From NCBI GenBank assembly GCA_020184695.1, contig JAANOX010000190.1, positions 186,001 to 250,000 of the forward strand: a stretch of DNA of 64,000 bases, written 5' to 3'. Positions 33,003-44,702 of this stretch are shown piece after piece (position 1 is the stretch's first letter; each line of letters begins with the position of its first letter). The notes beneath the pieces were generated by a model. It saw only the letters and a list, made by a program, of their open reading frames with translations, was not told the origin of the DNA and searched no databases. Origin of the DNA: Histomonas meleagridis 2922-C6/04-290x (lineage: Eukaryota; Protista; Parabasalia). Made by a program: the position numbers and the translations under genes.

Positions 33003-34443
33003 ATGTTTTTGATTCTATTAGCAGCGGCAAATTCAGTTGCAATAACATATACAGTAAGATCTGGTGATACATTAACATCAATTGCACAACTTTTTAGTGT
33101 CACAATTGCACAAATTCAAGAATGGAACGGAATTTCAAATCCAAACTTCATTACAGTTGGACAAGTTCTTAATATTAAAGAAGCGAAAAGAACATATATT
33201 ACATATACAGTTAAATCAGGTGATTCACTTTCAGTGATTGCAGCAAACTATGGACTTACAACGGAAGATCTTGCAATATCCAATATGAAAGCATACCCAT
33301 ACACACTTTATGTTGGAGAAGTTCTCTTAATTCCAGTTCCACTTCCAACACCATCACGATCACCGACAGCTTCACCTTCTAAATCACCCACAGCTTCACC
33401 ATCCAAATCGCCAACAGCTTCTCCATCTAAATCGCCAACAGCTTCTCCTTCTAAATCGCCAACAGCTTCTCCTTCTAGATCGCCAACAGCTTCTCCTTCT
33501 AAATCGCCAACAGCTTCTCCTTCTAAATCACCCACAGCTTCTCCTTCTAAATCACCCACAGCTACTCCTTCTAAATCACCCACAGCTACTCCTTCTAAAT
33601 CACCCACAGCTACTCCTTCTAAATCACCCACAGCTACTCCTTCTAAATCACCCACAGCTACTCCTTCTAAATCACCCACAGCTACTCCTTCTAAATCACC
33701 CACAGCTACTCCTTCTAAATCACCCACAGCTACTCCTTCTAAATCACCCACAGCTACTCCTTCTAAATCACCCACAGCTACTCCTTCTAAATCACCCACA
33801 GCTACTCCTTCTAAATCGCCAACAGCTACTCCTTCTAAATCACCGACAGCTACTCCTTCTAAAACATTTTCTCCAACAGAAGCATTTACGCAATCAAACA
33901 CATATACGCCAACAGAAGCGCCGCCGCCATCATCGCCAACTCCAGCTCCGACGCCATTGCCAAGTTGGACAACAACAGTAACAGCATCGCAATTATCTGC
34001 GTTTGGATGGTATAATACGTCAGAAGCCATTGTCAGCGATCTTCAGAAATGCGTTGAAGAGTTCATCAGTAGTCGACAATCATTTTTACGTTTCATAAGT
34101 CACTGTGCATATAAATCGAATTTTTGGATTATATACACATAACACCAAAGAAGATATTAATACGAAATACACAGGAAGTGGATATCTCCAAATTGAAGGG
34201 TATTCTAAATACGAAGAATTTTCAGAATATATTTCAGATTCGAAAGTTGTTGACGAAGGTCATTTGTATGTATCTGAACATTATCCATTTCTTATTTCAG
34301 GATATTATTGGAGACGCGAAGGTATTGACTCGTATTGCTGCCAAGGGATCAGTGAAGAAGAAATCGCACTTCGACTTTATGGGAAATATGAAGGAGCTGA
34401 AAACATTCGAGAATATTACCAACGCGCGCTTGGCATCTTCTAA
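33003..34443 (+). CDS. Secreted LysMx2 + long Ser/Pro/Thr stalk + GH19-like protein, copy B (frameshift in T-run near 34122)
   Basis: ORFs 32991..34142 and 34105..34443. The sequence aatttttgga has one more T than copies A and C. Confidence 0.85.
33360..33863 (+). repeat. 24-bp coding minisatellite, 21 copies, SPTA(S/T)PSK
   Basis: 504 bp = 21 x 24; 8 SPTASPS(K/R) units then 13 SPTATPSK units. Confidence 0.95.
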
Positions 34444-35292
34444 AGATATTTATAGTGTATTTAAATGTTTTTTGTTTATTATTTGTTATTTCCAAAATAT
34501 AAAAATTGCATTTCTTTTACCTTTTTATAATTTGATTATTCTGTTAATATTTTCATTTCATTGTGTTCCAAAATATGAAATAAAAGACTTAATGCACATC
34601 TTTAGTTTATTAATCAAAATAAAGTATGAAAAAATTGTAAGAATATCTACTTGAGTGTAAGTGCATGCAACTTTCCATATATAAAGCATATACATAATAA
34701 TTTTTGAAGAAAAAATAATTGTGGCAAATGATTACTAAAACAAAAAGTTTTTAATTTCGCAATAAAAATTCGGCAATCCTATTTTACTAAATTGTTTACA
34801 TATTAAATGTAACAAAACGATCAATAAGCAATTAAAATTTTATAGGTTCAAATTGCTTTTGAAAAGTTAACGAAATTTATTCCTTCCTCTCTGATAGTTG
34901 ATTATGTTTTAATGTAAGTGAATGTTTATACACATATTTTATATGAACTAATTTTAGAACATATTGAAGGATGTGGATTCAAACATTTTCCTTATTTCAA
35001 CTTGTTCAATTATAATTTTTTTAACACATAGAATTCAATATTAAATCCATAAAAACCTCTAAATTCTAATTATATATTTAATGTTGTAGATTATATATAA
35101 AATAACATGTTATTGGCAATTTCAATCCATAAAAAATATATAAATATTTATAATTTGTTAAATGTTTAAATTAAAGAAAATATTTTAGAAAAAATTGAAG
35201 ATCTATAGTTCTTCTTTTGTGATCTGGGAAACTTAATACACTTTTTCAATAAATTATTATTGACTTAAACCGCACATATCATCTGGAAGAAC

Positions 35293-38200
35293 ATGCGAAA
35301 ACGCAAAACAAATATAAGCAAAAAAGAAAAAATATTTCCCCAAAACATAAAACTAGAATTATTCTCTAAGCTTGAACAAATAATAATGAATCTAACAGAA
35401 GAAAATATAAATTTGTCAGCTAAACATACAATAAAATTATTTGATTTTAATTTACCATATTCATTTCATCTTGTTATAAGTAATTTAATTTATTATGCAT
35501 TTTTATCACAAAGAAATAAGTGTACTACGTATTTTAAATTTTTAGAAATAATTCAAAAGAAAGAAGAGGAAAAAATTAATTCTAAATACAATATTATTGA
35601 AATATTCCTTAATTATATCATAAAAAATAATTCTCAAGAAGCTCTATATCTAATTGAGCAAATGATTCGACAAAATTTAATTAATGCAAACATTACAAAG
35701 ATAATTCCTTCAAAATATTTTGCTCATTACAAAACTACAACTGAAAACAAAGAATGGTTATGTGGTGATCGATTTTGTTCAACTTTTGTAAAAAATTATG
35801 ACCAACTTTCAAAGAATGATTTTGAACTTCATAAAAAATATGTTAAAAAAGGACATAATCCGAATGAAATTGCAAAAATAATTCGAAATGATAAAATAGA
35901 AAAACTTCAAGAAATATCATCACAAAATGATTTTGACTTTAATCAAATAATTGTACCATCACTTTATGAAAGATGTTCATTTATTAACAATCGGAATGTT
36001 ACATTAATTGATTATGCAGCATTTTTTTCTTCAGTTAAATGTTTTAAATATTTACTTATGAATCAAGCAAATGTAAATAATACAGGTAAATATGCAATTG
36101 CAGGTGGAAATGAAGAAATTGTTCATTTATGTGAACAAAATGGTTCATCATTTATAGGGTCTTATGAAATAGCAATTAAATCTCACCGAAATGATATTTT
36201 TCTTTATCTTTATGAAAATAAAATGGATAATTTGTGTGAGGAACATGATACAAAACCTCATAAAAATTATCTGAAATATGAAGATTTAATAAAATTTTGT
36301 GTTATGAGTGGAAATTATGAAATCCTATCATTTTTAGAAGGAGAAGGAACTAAAATCAATGAATCTATCATCAAAAAATCAGCAGAAATAGGTAATATAT
36401 ATCTACTCATGTATTTTCTTCATAATAACAAGAAAATACCAAAAAATATTTTAATTTATTCTATTAAATCAGAGAATGCTGAAGTTGTGGAATATATCAT
36501 TCTTAAACATAGAAAAGAAATCAATTTTAATTCTGTAAATATTTTTTGTAAAATTTCAATGCTTTCATACAATATTTGATAATGATTAATTAAGTTATTT
36601 AGAACACCTTTGATATATGTTGCTGAAAAAGGTTACACAGAAATAGTTAAATTACTTATTAAACAAAAAGAAATTGATATTAATGCTAAAGATATTTATT
36701 TGTTTTCTTTGAGATTTATTTTAATAATTTTATATTTCAAAATAATATTTAAAAATTATTTAAATTATTTAGAACAGCACTTATTTATGCATCTAAAAAT
36801 GGTCATACAGAAATAGTTAAATTACTTCTTGAGCAAAAAGGAATTGATATTAATGCGAAAGATAAAATTAATTTGTTTTATTAGGTATTTATTATAATAA
36901 TTTGATATTTCAAAACAATATTTAGAAATTATTTAAAATATTATGGACAGCACTTATTTGGGCATCTTCAAAAGGTCATACAGAAATAGTTAAATTACTT
37001 CTTGAGCAAAAAGGAATTGATATTAATGCTAAAGATATTGATTTGTTTTATTTGAAATTTATTTTAAAAATTTTATATTTCAAAATAATATTTGGAAATT
37101 ATTTTAATTATTTAAAACAGCACTTATGCTTGCTACTTCATGGAAACGCATAGATATAGTCAAATTACTTCTTGAACAAAAAAGAATTGATATTAATACT
37201 AAAGATATTTTATTCCTTGACCTAAAATTTATTTTAATGATATAATATTTCAAAATAATTTTTGGAAATTACAAAAAATATTTAAAACAGCACTTATTTT
37301 TGCATCTAGAGATGGTAATTTAGATATAGTTAAATTGCTTTTGGAACATAAAAGAATTGCTTTAAATGTTATAGATGATTTTTATTTACTATAATCGATA
37401 TTATTCAGAGTTGCTTTGGGTTTTAAGCCAAAATTTAAAGTTTTATTATATAATTTGAAACACCATTAATTTGGGCCTCAAAAAATGGTCATAAAGAAAT
37501 TGTTAAAATACTTATTGAAAAAGAAGGAACTAATATTAATGCCAAAAATTTTTGAATGTTTTGTTCAAGGTTTAAATTAATTAAAATGGATTTCTTAATA
37601 ATGTTTGGAAAATATTCATATTGTTTCAAACAGCACTTATAAAGGCATCTTCAAGTGGATACATTGAAATAGCCAAATTACTTTTAGGAAAAGAAGGAAT
37701 TGATGTTAATGCTAAAGATATTATTTCTATATTTTGTTTAGAATTTATTTATACAATTGGATGTGTTATATGTGTATTTGGGATTTGTTTAAAATACTTG
37801 AAACAGCAATTGTGTTTGCAGCTAAAAATGGTCACACAGAAATCGTTAAATTACTTCTTGAACAAAAAGGAATTGAAATTAATGCTAAAGATGAATTTTT
37901 GTTGTTTTATTTGATATTTATTATTATAATTTGATGTTTTAAGATAATATTTGGAATTTACTTAAAATATTTTGTACAGCACTCTTGAAAGCATTGAGAA
38001 ATGGTTGTACAAAAATAGTTAAATTACTTCTTGAACAAAAAGGAATTGATATAAATGCTAAAGATATTTATTTGTTTTATTTGATATTTATTATTATAAT
38101 TTGATGTTTTAAGATAATATTTGGAAATTATTTAAATTATTTAGAACAGCACTTATGTTAGCATCTTATAATGGTTATACAGAAATTGTTAAATTACTTA

Positions 38201-38558
38201 TTGAACAAAAAGGAATTGATATAAATGCTAAAGATATTTATTTGTTTTATTTGAAATTTATTTTAATAATTTTATATATCAAAATAATATTTGGAAATTA
38301 TTTAAAATATTTGGTACAGCACTTATGAAAGCATCTGAAAAAGGTCATACAGAAATAGTTAAATTACTTCTTGAACAAGAAGGAATTGATATTAATGATA
38401 AAGATAAAATAAATTTAAATAATTTGAAATTTTAAAATAATATTTGGAAATAATTTAAATTATTCAGAACAGCACTTATGTTTGCATCTAGAAATGGTTA
38501 TACAGAAATATTTAAATTACTTCTTGAACAAGAAGGAATTGATATTAATGTAAAAGAT
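35293..38558 (+). CDS. DUF3447-type ankyrin-repeat gene with 12 spacer-separated repeats (array 4), 3-prime truncated
   Basis: ORF 35293..36579, then 12 stop-free 90-nt units starting at 36604, 36774, 36947, 37117, 37287, 37460, 37630, 37803, 37976, 38146, 38316 and 38469. Confidence 0.8.
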
Positions 38559-38610
38559 ATTTATTCGTTTTATTTTAATTTTATTTTTATTTTTTTAGAC
38601 TTCAAAACAA
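36541..38610 (+). repeat. Regularly interspaced ankyrin array 4
   Basis: Spacers of 63, 80, 83, 80, 80, 83, 80, 83, 83, 80, 80 and 63 nt; the final spacer is cut off near 38610. Confidence 0.92.
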
Positions 38611-39058
38611 TGGATCATTTACACAACCGCAGACCAATTCTAAAAACAGATTACCATTTGGGAGGTGTCTGGAAAAATATTTTGTTCAAATTTGTGAAAT
38701 AGTTAGACATTGATAATAAGAAACACTTAAATAAGTAACATTTACATATGATGAACCAATCATTGATAATAAATATGAATATATAATTGAACTTTTGTTT
38801 TCCGTTTTTGTTTTAACACGAGATGAAGTAATAGCAAATGTACGCGATTTAGTCAATGTATTACTTTGTGTATATGTATCACTTCCTTCAACAGTATCAT
38901 TTTGTTACTGTCATACCACAAAATGTTGAACTTTTATATGAATTTTGTGTCAGAACATATTTGATACAAGAAAATATGGAAAATATTAAACTTTGAAATA
39001 AATAACTTTCCTTTGTTGAAATATTCCAAATAAAACAAAATGCAAAAATGGGAATTGT

Positions 39059-41215
39059 TTATGCGTAAAGGTTTGCAACCCATGAAGCAAAGTCGTATCC
39101 ACCATCGACTTCTTGAAGTTCGGACTTGAGGAATTCGACGTCTTCTGGTGAGAAGAAGCGTTGAAGTTGTGCCTCGGTGACGACTGGGTTATTTTGTGCG
39201 ATAGCGCGGAATGCCTCTTCAGTTGTTTCCTTTGTTTCTGCCTTAGAGAAGCGGTCGAGCATGAACTTGACGTAGTTGTCGAAGTCGAGGGTTTCAGCAC
39301 CGCCTGTGTACTTGTTGATGATATCCTTGCATTCATCATCGGTAGCTGGTTCACCGAGTGCTGTCAAGCATGCGTTAAGTTCGTAGTACTGAAGTGTGTT
39401 AGAGTTATCAGAGTCGAATGACTTGAATGTCTCACGGAATTCGGCGAGTTGCTCTTCTGGGATTTCGAGACCTTTAGCGGCAGCAATAGCGCTGTCGATG
39501 GCTGCGATGAGTGTGTTGATGTGTGCAAGAATTTGGTCGAACATGTCGACGATTGAGTCTGGTGTATATTCGGCATCAAGTTGAAGATCATTTTGTTCGA
39601 GCTCTTCGTATGGTGCATTGAGCTCTGAGACGGAGCCCTTCTTTTCTTCGACTTCATGTGACATTTGGATAAGTTTCTCACGCTTCTCTTCGTTTTCGCC
39701 ATCAACGCCATTGACTTGTTCTTCGAGTTTCTTGGACTCTTCAACCTTCTCGTTGGCGAGTTGGTTGTATGATTGGATCTTAGCATTACGTTCTTCTTCT
39801 TCCTTAAGGTTCTCGATGTTAAGTTCAAGGTGCTTGATGTGTGATGCAACTTGTTCTGCGTATGACTCAAGGAGTGTTGTTGAGTACTTGGCTCTTGTGT
39901 TAAGGTTTAACTTGTCTAATTCTTCATATGGTGCCTTAAGTTCTTCGATTTCGCCGCGGATTCCGGTTTCCTTCTCCTTAAGTTGTTCAAGAACTGCTAA
40001 TTGTTCTTCAACGGAGCCGGAAATGGAGTCGATTTCGCCGTGGACATCTTGGCATTTTTGAACAAGTTCTGTGCACTTAGTATCATATGCATTGATGAGG
40101 TCAAGTTCTGCTTGCTTAAGTTCTTCCTTAAGGCTCTTGGTTTGGTTGGCTGCTGTTTCATCAAGTTCGTTGAGTTTGTTGGTGAGGACTTCTGGTTCGA
40201 GACCTTCTGGTGCAACTGGTTCTGGACGGCCAGTTGTCTTGCACTTTGTGCCTAATGATGCCCATGTACGGAGTGCCTTAGCACGAAGTTCGACGATGTT
40301 TGGACGAACATTACGTGTGTACTTAAGAACATCAATAAGTTTGGCCTTGATGCCAACAACAGTCTTTTCATAATCACTGTTGAGTAATGAGTCAGATGCG
40401 GATTGCATGGCATCAATGGCTGCACGTGCTTCTTCGGCATATGTGTTCTTAAGATCGGCGATTTCCTTTTGGATGCCAATTGTACGCTTAAGCTTTTCGG
40501 CTTGTTGTTCAACCTTTGATTCTCCAGCAAAGAAGTGGAAGAATTCGGCAACTTGTGTAACAACAGATTTTTCATCTGGAATAACATCAACAAGATCTTC
40601 TGGATCAAGGTAGACTGTAAGTCCGATTTCATTGCATGCCTTGAATGCTTGTTCACAGTTGTTTGTGTGGTTGGATTGGTCAAGGGCGTTGTAGTCTAAT
40701 AAGTTTGGACGGAACTTGTTGATTAAAGCGCAGAAGGCAAGACCTGATGACCATGAGTTTGTGAAGTTGGTGATGTTAACACCATCATAGCCTTGTGTGT
40801 TCTTTTGGCACCAGATAAGAAGTGCAGAACGTGCTGTGGCTTCTTCAACAGAGATATCTTCGATGGCGAACTTGTTGATGCAAGACCATGTAAGACCTAA
40901 TGTAAGCTTTGTGTTCTTGTCAACGATATCATCTGGGCTGATGTTAACGAGTTTGATGCCCTTCTTGTTGGTGATGTAATCAATGGCCATACCAACATTT
41001 TCGATCATGTGATACCTGTTCTTGCATTCCTTGTGCCATTTGCCAGTGATTGGTTCCTTACCAATAATTTCGAGAAGTTGGATAAGCTTGACACCATCAG
41101 CAAATTCATCAAGAACGCTCTCGAACTTGATTCCCTTTGTAGCAAGGTGTTTAGCGCACCAACGTGAGAAAACTTTGATTTGTGTCTTTTCCCAGCCTTT
41201 ATCAAGAATTGTCAT
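39059..41215 (-). CDS. ACTN: Alpha-actinin (trichomonad type: 2 CH domains, rod, EF-hands)
   Basis: WEKTQIKVFSRW, KLTLGLTWSCINKF, LLIWCQKNT...SWSSGLAFCALI, FRETFKSFDSDNSNTL. Inr-like TCATTTT upstream of ATG 41215; C-rich codon bias typical of high expression. Confidence 0.95.
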   Translation of the reverse strand: MTILDKGWEKTQIKVFSRWCAKHLATKGIKFESVLDEFADGVKLIQLLEIIGKEPITGKWHKECKNRYHMIENVGMAIDYITNKKGIKLVNISPDDIVDKNTKLTLGLTWSCINKFAIEDISVEEATARSALLIWCQKNTQGYDGVNITNFTNSWSSGLAFCALINKFRPNLLDYNALDQSNHTNNCEQAFKACNEIGLTVYLDPEDLVDVIPDEKSVVTQVAEFFHFFAGESKVEQQAEKLKRTIGIQKEIADLKNTYAEEARAAIDAMQSASDSLLNSDYEKTVVGIKAKLIDVLKYTRNVRPNIVELRAKALRTWASLGTKCKTTGRPEPVAPEGLEPEVLTNKLNELDETAANQTKSLKEELKQAELDLINAYDTKCTELVQKCQDVHGEIDSISGSVEEQLAVLEQLKEKETGIRGEIEELKAPYEELDKLNLNTRAKYSTTLLESYAEQVASHIKHLELNIENLKEEEERNAKIQSYNQLANEKVEESKKLEEQVNGVDGENEEKREKLIQMSHEVEEKKGSVSELNAPYEELEQNDLQLDAEYTPDSIVDMFDQILAHINTLIAAIDSAIAAAKGLEIPEEQLAEFRETFKSFDSDNSNTLQYYELNACLTALGEPATDDECKDIINKYTGGAETLDFDNYVKFMLDRFSKAETKETTEEAFRAIAQNNPVVTEAQLQRFFSPEDVEFLKSELQEVDGGYDFASWVANLYA

Positions 41216-41880
41216 GATAAAAAATGAACCGAATATAACCACCAGACAATGTCCGCAAATGATAACCACTTTTCATAGAAATTTCTATCGTGAAACGATC
41301 AAATGAGACAATGTGAAGTGAAGTGGTTTGTGTTGTCAAATCACCTGACATGGATTAAAAAATGCCTCAATGATCTTTCTGGTTAAATATGAAATCAACA
41401 TTACACCACATAAAGATGACGCGTTAAAGTTTACGTTTATTTTTGAACCCAAAATACTATTATTTAGTTAACAACATTCGTGATACATTTAAGGATAAGT
41501 GAATAAATTTTTTGGCAAATAGATGGAATTGCTATGATAAGGTTGTGGAACAAATTAAAACATGTTTTCTTACACATCTTATTCTGATTAAACAGCTTAA
41601 GAGGCCATTTATAACTTTTCTTTGCCAAAACAGTCAAAAAGCTGAAACAATAACATAAACTTTACAAAAGCCATCAAATGCTTATTGAAAAAGTTCTCAT
41701 TTTTTTCTGCCAGTTTTCAAATTTCAATAAATTTTGTAACTTTTAGGATTTAAACATTTTAATCATATTTTATTAATCATTTCGCATATCATCTATTATC
41801 ATGCTACGTATATTTCTTTTATAAAAGTTACTGATTATTCATAAATTATTATTTAATTTTTATTTATTTAACATACATAT

Positions 41881-44616
41881 TTAGCTGAAAATTTGTGCAA
41901 AACAATTGTTTTCATGAATTTTTTTGCACACATCTTCTAAAAAACAATAAAAATCATTATTTTTCTTTTGCAAAAGTAACTCGAACATTTGGTCCAAATT
42001 TAAATCAAATTTACATTCACAAACTTCTTCAATTCTTTGATATATTTGAACAAAATTTTGGGGATAAAGCAAAGCAATTACTGCCAAAGTTTTACCTCCA
42101 TCCGTTAATATTAATTTTGGTTTCTTTATAATATTTTGCCATAAGAACAATGAAATTCTCGAAAACTTTGGTTCTAACTCACTTAAAATTTTATTATTTC
42201 TACTTATTATAAGAAAATCACAAAAATTGATCAGAACAGAAAAAACATTATTAAGATAAAATTCATTGTTAATAAAGAAACAAATAAAATTCATCATAAA
42301 CATCATGAATTCATGGCCCATTTCATTTAAGTGTCGTTTAGTTAATGAATTAAATAATGAAATTATTGATAAAGTTGGATTTGGATATTGTGATAAAACA
42401 TTAAATTGTAAAGTACTCAATACGGTGTAAAGTTGTTGAATCAAATTCAATAAAATCGGATCTTCATAAATTTGGAAAACTTTAAACATTACATAGTCAT
42501 TATCAAGTAATTTAGATAATAAATCGGAAATTCTACGAATCAATTTAATTTTATATTCAAAATCTATTGATTCATTATAAGATTTAAATGATTGAAATAC
42601 AAATTTAGAAATTTCTTTAAATAAAATTATTCCATTTGGAGAATTTTCTTCAAATGATATATTTTTCCTATTAAGAAATGAAAAAAGCATTTTAATTGTT
42701 GCATAAATTATATTTGGATCCAAGTTTTGATAAATAAAATTTAATATATTTGGAATTAAATATTCAGAAAATATTAAAAAATCTTTTGTTTCACAAATTC
42801 CGTATTTACAAATACTTTCTAAGTCTTTAATAAATATATATAAATTACAATTTTCTGAGAATGTGCTTAAAAATTTTTCTGTGTGGTAAAACTTATATGA
42901 AGCCATAAATAAGAAGCCGATAAATTCTTCTCTTGCCTTTTTATTTAATCCCATAAATAAAAATCGTTCTTCTGAATGGTTTAAGATTAAGTCCATCAAA
43001 GTTTCATTCGATGGGAATACCTTATGAAGATTTTTGATCGCATATTGAATTATAAGCGGTTTATCATAAAAAGTTATAACCGATATTAAATTCCTTTCAA
43101 ATAATTCATTTGACATTTCAAAATTGCTAGAAAAGTGCGTTAACCGAAAAGTTGAAATGAATTTAAGTACTGAAATCTCAAGTGAAAAATTTTCTATTTT
43201 TTGTTCAATGAAATTTTTTGTTAATCGAATAATTCTTATTGCATCATTAAATAAAGGTTCCCAATATTCCGAAATAGTATCGTCAATTGAAGATGATGGC
43301 TCAAGTATTAATAACATTGATATAAAATTCAAATATAAAGAAAGTTCAATTTGATCATTTGTTTCATTAAATAAAGACATTATCATTGATATCAAAGAAG
43401 GAACGATTTGTATTAATCCTTTAACAGGAGATAAGTCCAAATCATCCAAAAATATAAAAACGTCTTCTAAATCGATGTTACGAATAATTTGTAACAAAAG
43501 TTCGATATAACTTTTAGTTAATGTTTCATAATTTTCATACAGAAACACCTTCACTTCAGTATCTCCCGATTTCATCATCGAAAATGATATACAACCCCAA
43601 AAGTTTATTAAATTTTGTAATGTTTCTTTGTTTTCATATAACATTTGAGCATTCGAAAATAATGAAATTGTCCAATTAAAACATTCTTTTATAAATGGAA
43701 TAAAAAATTGATATTTATTTATTTCATTGTGTGTTAACCTCTTCGAAAATTGTAACAAAATATTCGATTTTAATTCGATTTCTTTTTGGTTCTGAAAAAA
43801 GATAATTGAATCTGTTATAAATTGTTCATAAACCAAATCTTTGCAAGGTGGAACTCCACGTTCAAATGATGAATTAGAAGTCATTACAAAACATTGGATA
43901 CATTTTAGTGACATTTTATGTTCTGTTTTTGTATAAATATTAAAATATAAATTTAAGTTTGTTGGATCCGAAATGAATTGTCGCATTTGTGGTAAATGTG
44001 CAATTTCGTTTTCTTTTTGGTTATATGATAAACATGAAAGTGATAATTGTAACGATAAATCTAAAAAAGCCGAATTAGTTAATAAAAAATCTTTGGAAAT
44101 ATTGTAACATGTTGGTAAAAATTTATTTCCAAAAGTATTGAAGTTTGTTGAAAATTCACTCGGAGCGCTTGAAAACATTTGTATGGTGTATATTAGAAGA
44201 TTGAGTCCGAGTGCTTGGTGATTTAAATCGGGATTTTTTAAAAATTGTGATGTTAAATTAAAAACTGCTTTGGTTTCGTCTGATTTCCAAAAGGTAACAA
44301 TAATGACACCAAAAGTTGATGAAAGTGAACGAATGGTTGGTGGGTTAAAAGAATGTGTGTCCAAAACTTGAAGACACCAATTTGCAATTTGAAGAGCATA
44401 ATTTAATTCCCACGTAATACAAAATTGTTGAGTTAATTTTAAAAGTGTTGATGATAAAAATAATTGATATACATCATTCGGATTTCTTTCAAGATAAGAT
44501 TGACATATTGGAAAACTTGATGGATTTGTTTCAAAATCATGAATTCTTGATAAGATTTCTTCATTAGCTGGATTAGAGATTAATTCTTGAAGTTCTTCAA
44601 AGGAAATGCTATTCAT
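41881..44616 (-). CDS. XPO7: Exportin-7 / RanBP16-like karyopherin
   Basis: Importin-beta-type N-terminus; ISFEENSPNGIILFKEISK and QYPNPTLSIISLF match recalled exportin-7 motifs. Confidence 0.8.
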   Translation of the reverse strand: MNSISFEELQELISNPANEEILSRIHDFETNPSSFPICQSYLERNPNDVYQLFLSSTLLKLTQQFCITWELNYALQIANWCLQVLDTHSFNPPTIRSLSSTFGVIIVTFWKSDETKAVFNLTSQFLKNPDLNHQALGLNLLIYTIQMFSSAPSEFSTNFNTFGNKFLPTCYNISKDFLLTNSAFLDLSLQLSLSCLSYNQKENEIAHLPQMRQFISDPTNLNLYFNIYTKTEHKMSLKCIQCFVMTSNSSFERGVPPCKDLVYEQFITDSIIFFQNQKEIELKSNILLQFSKRLTHNEINKYQFFIPFIKECFNWTISLFSNAQMLYENKETLQNLINFWGCISFSMMKSGDTEVKVFLYENYETLTKSYIELLLQIIRNIDLEDVFIFLDDLDLSPVKGLIQIVPSLISMIMSLFNETNDQIELSLYLNFISMLLILEPSSSIDDTISEYWEPLFNDAIRIIRLTKNFIEQKIENFSLEISVLKFISTFRLTHFSSNFEMSNELFERNLISVITFYDKPLIIQYAIKNLHKVFPSNETLMDLILNHSEERFLFMGLNKKAREEFIGFLFMASYKFYHTEKFLSTFSENCNLYIFIKDLESICKYGICETKDFLIFSEYLIPNILNFIYQNLDPNIIYATIKMLFSFLNRKNISFEENSPNGIILFKEISKFVFQSFKSYNESIDFEYKIKLIRRISDLLSKLLDNDYVMFKVFQIYEDPILLNLIQQLYTVLSTLQFNVLSQYPNPTLSIISLFNSLTKRHLNEMGHEFMMFMMNFICFFINNEFYLNNVFSVLINFCDFLIISRNNKILSELEPKFSRISLFLWQNIIKKPKLILTDGGKTLAVIALLYPQNFVQIYQRIEEVCECKFDLNLDQMFELLLQKKNNDFYCFLEDVCKKIHENNCFAQIFS

Positions 44617-44702
44617 TTACTTGAAGTGATTCCAAAATGTTCTTTTTAAAAAGAACGTTTATAAAAATAGTGACCGTTAAGAAGCGGTTTTGACAAAACC
44701 TC

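Noticed and set aside
33308-34030. 240-aa antisense ORF of GDLEGVAV repeats (and its mirror at 53561..53875)
   Set aside because: Shadow of the SPTATPSK minisatellite on the opposite strand.
36541-38610. CRISPR array interpretation of the 170-bp periodicity
   Set aside because: The repeated 90-nt part encodes ankyrin repeats, the spacers are homologous to one another, there are no cas genes, and the context is eukaryotic.
38986-41306. Numerous overlapping ORFs in alternative frames around alpha-actinin
   Set aside because: A by-product of biased codon usage in a highly expressed gene; no motifs.
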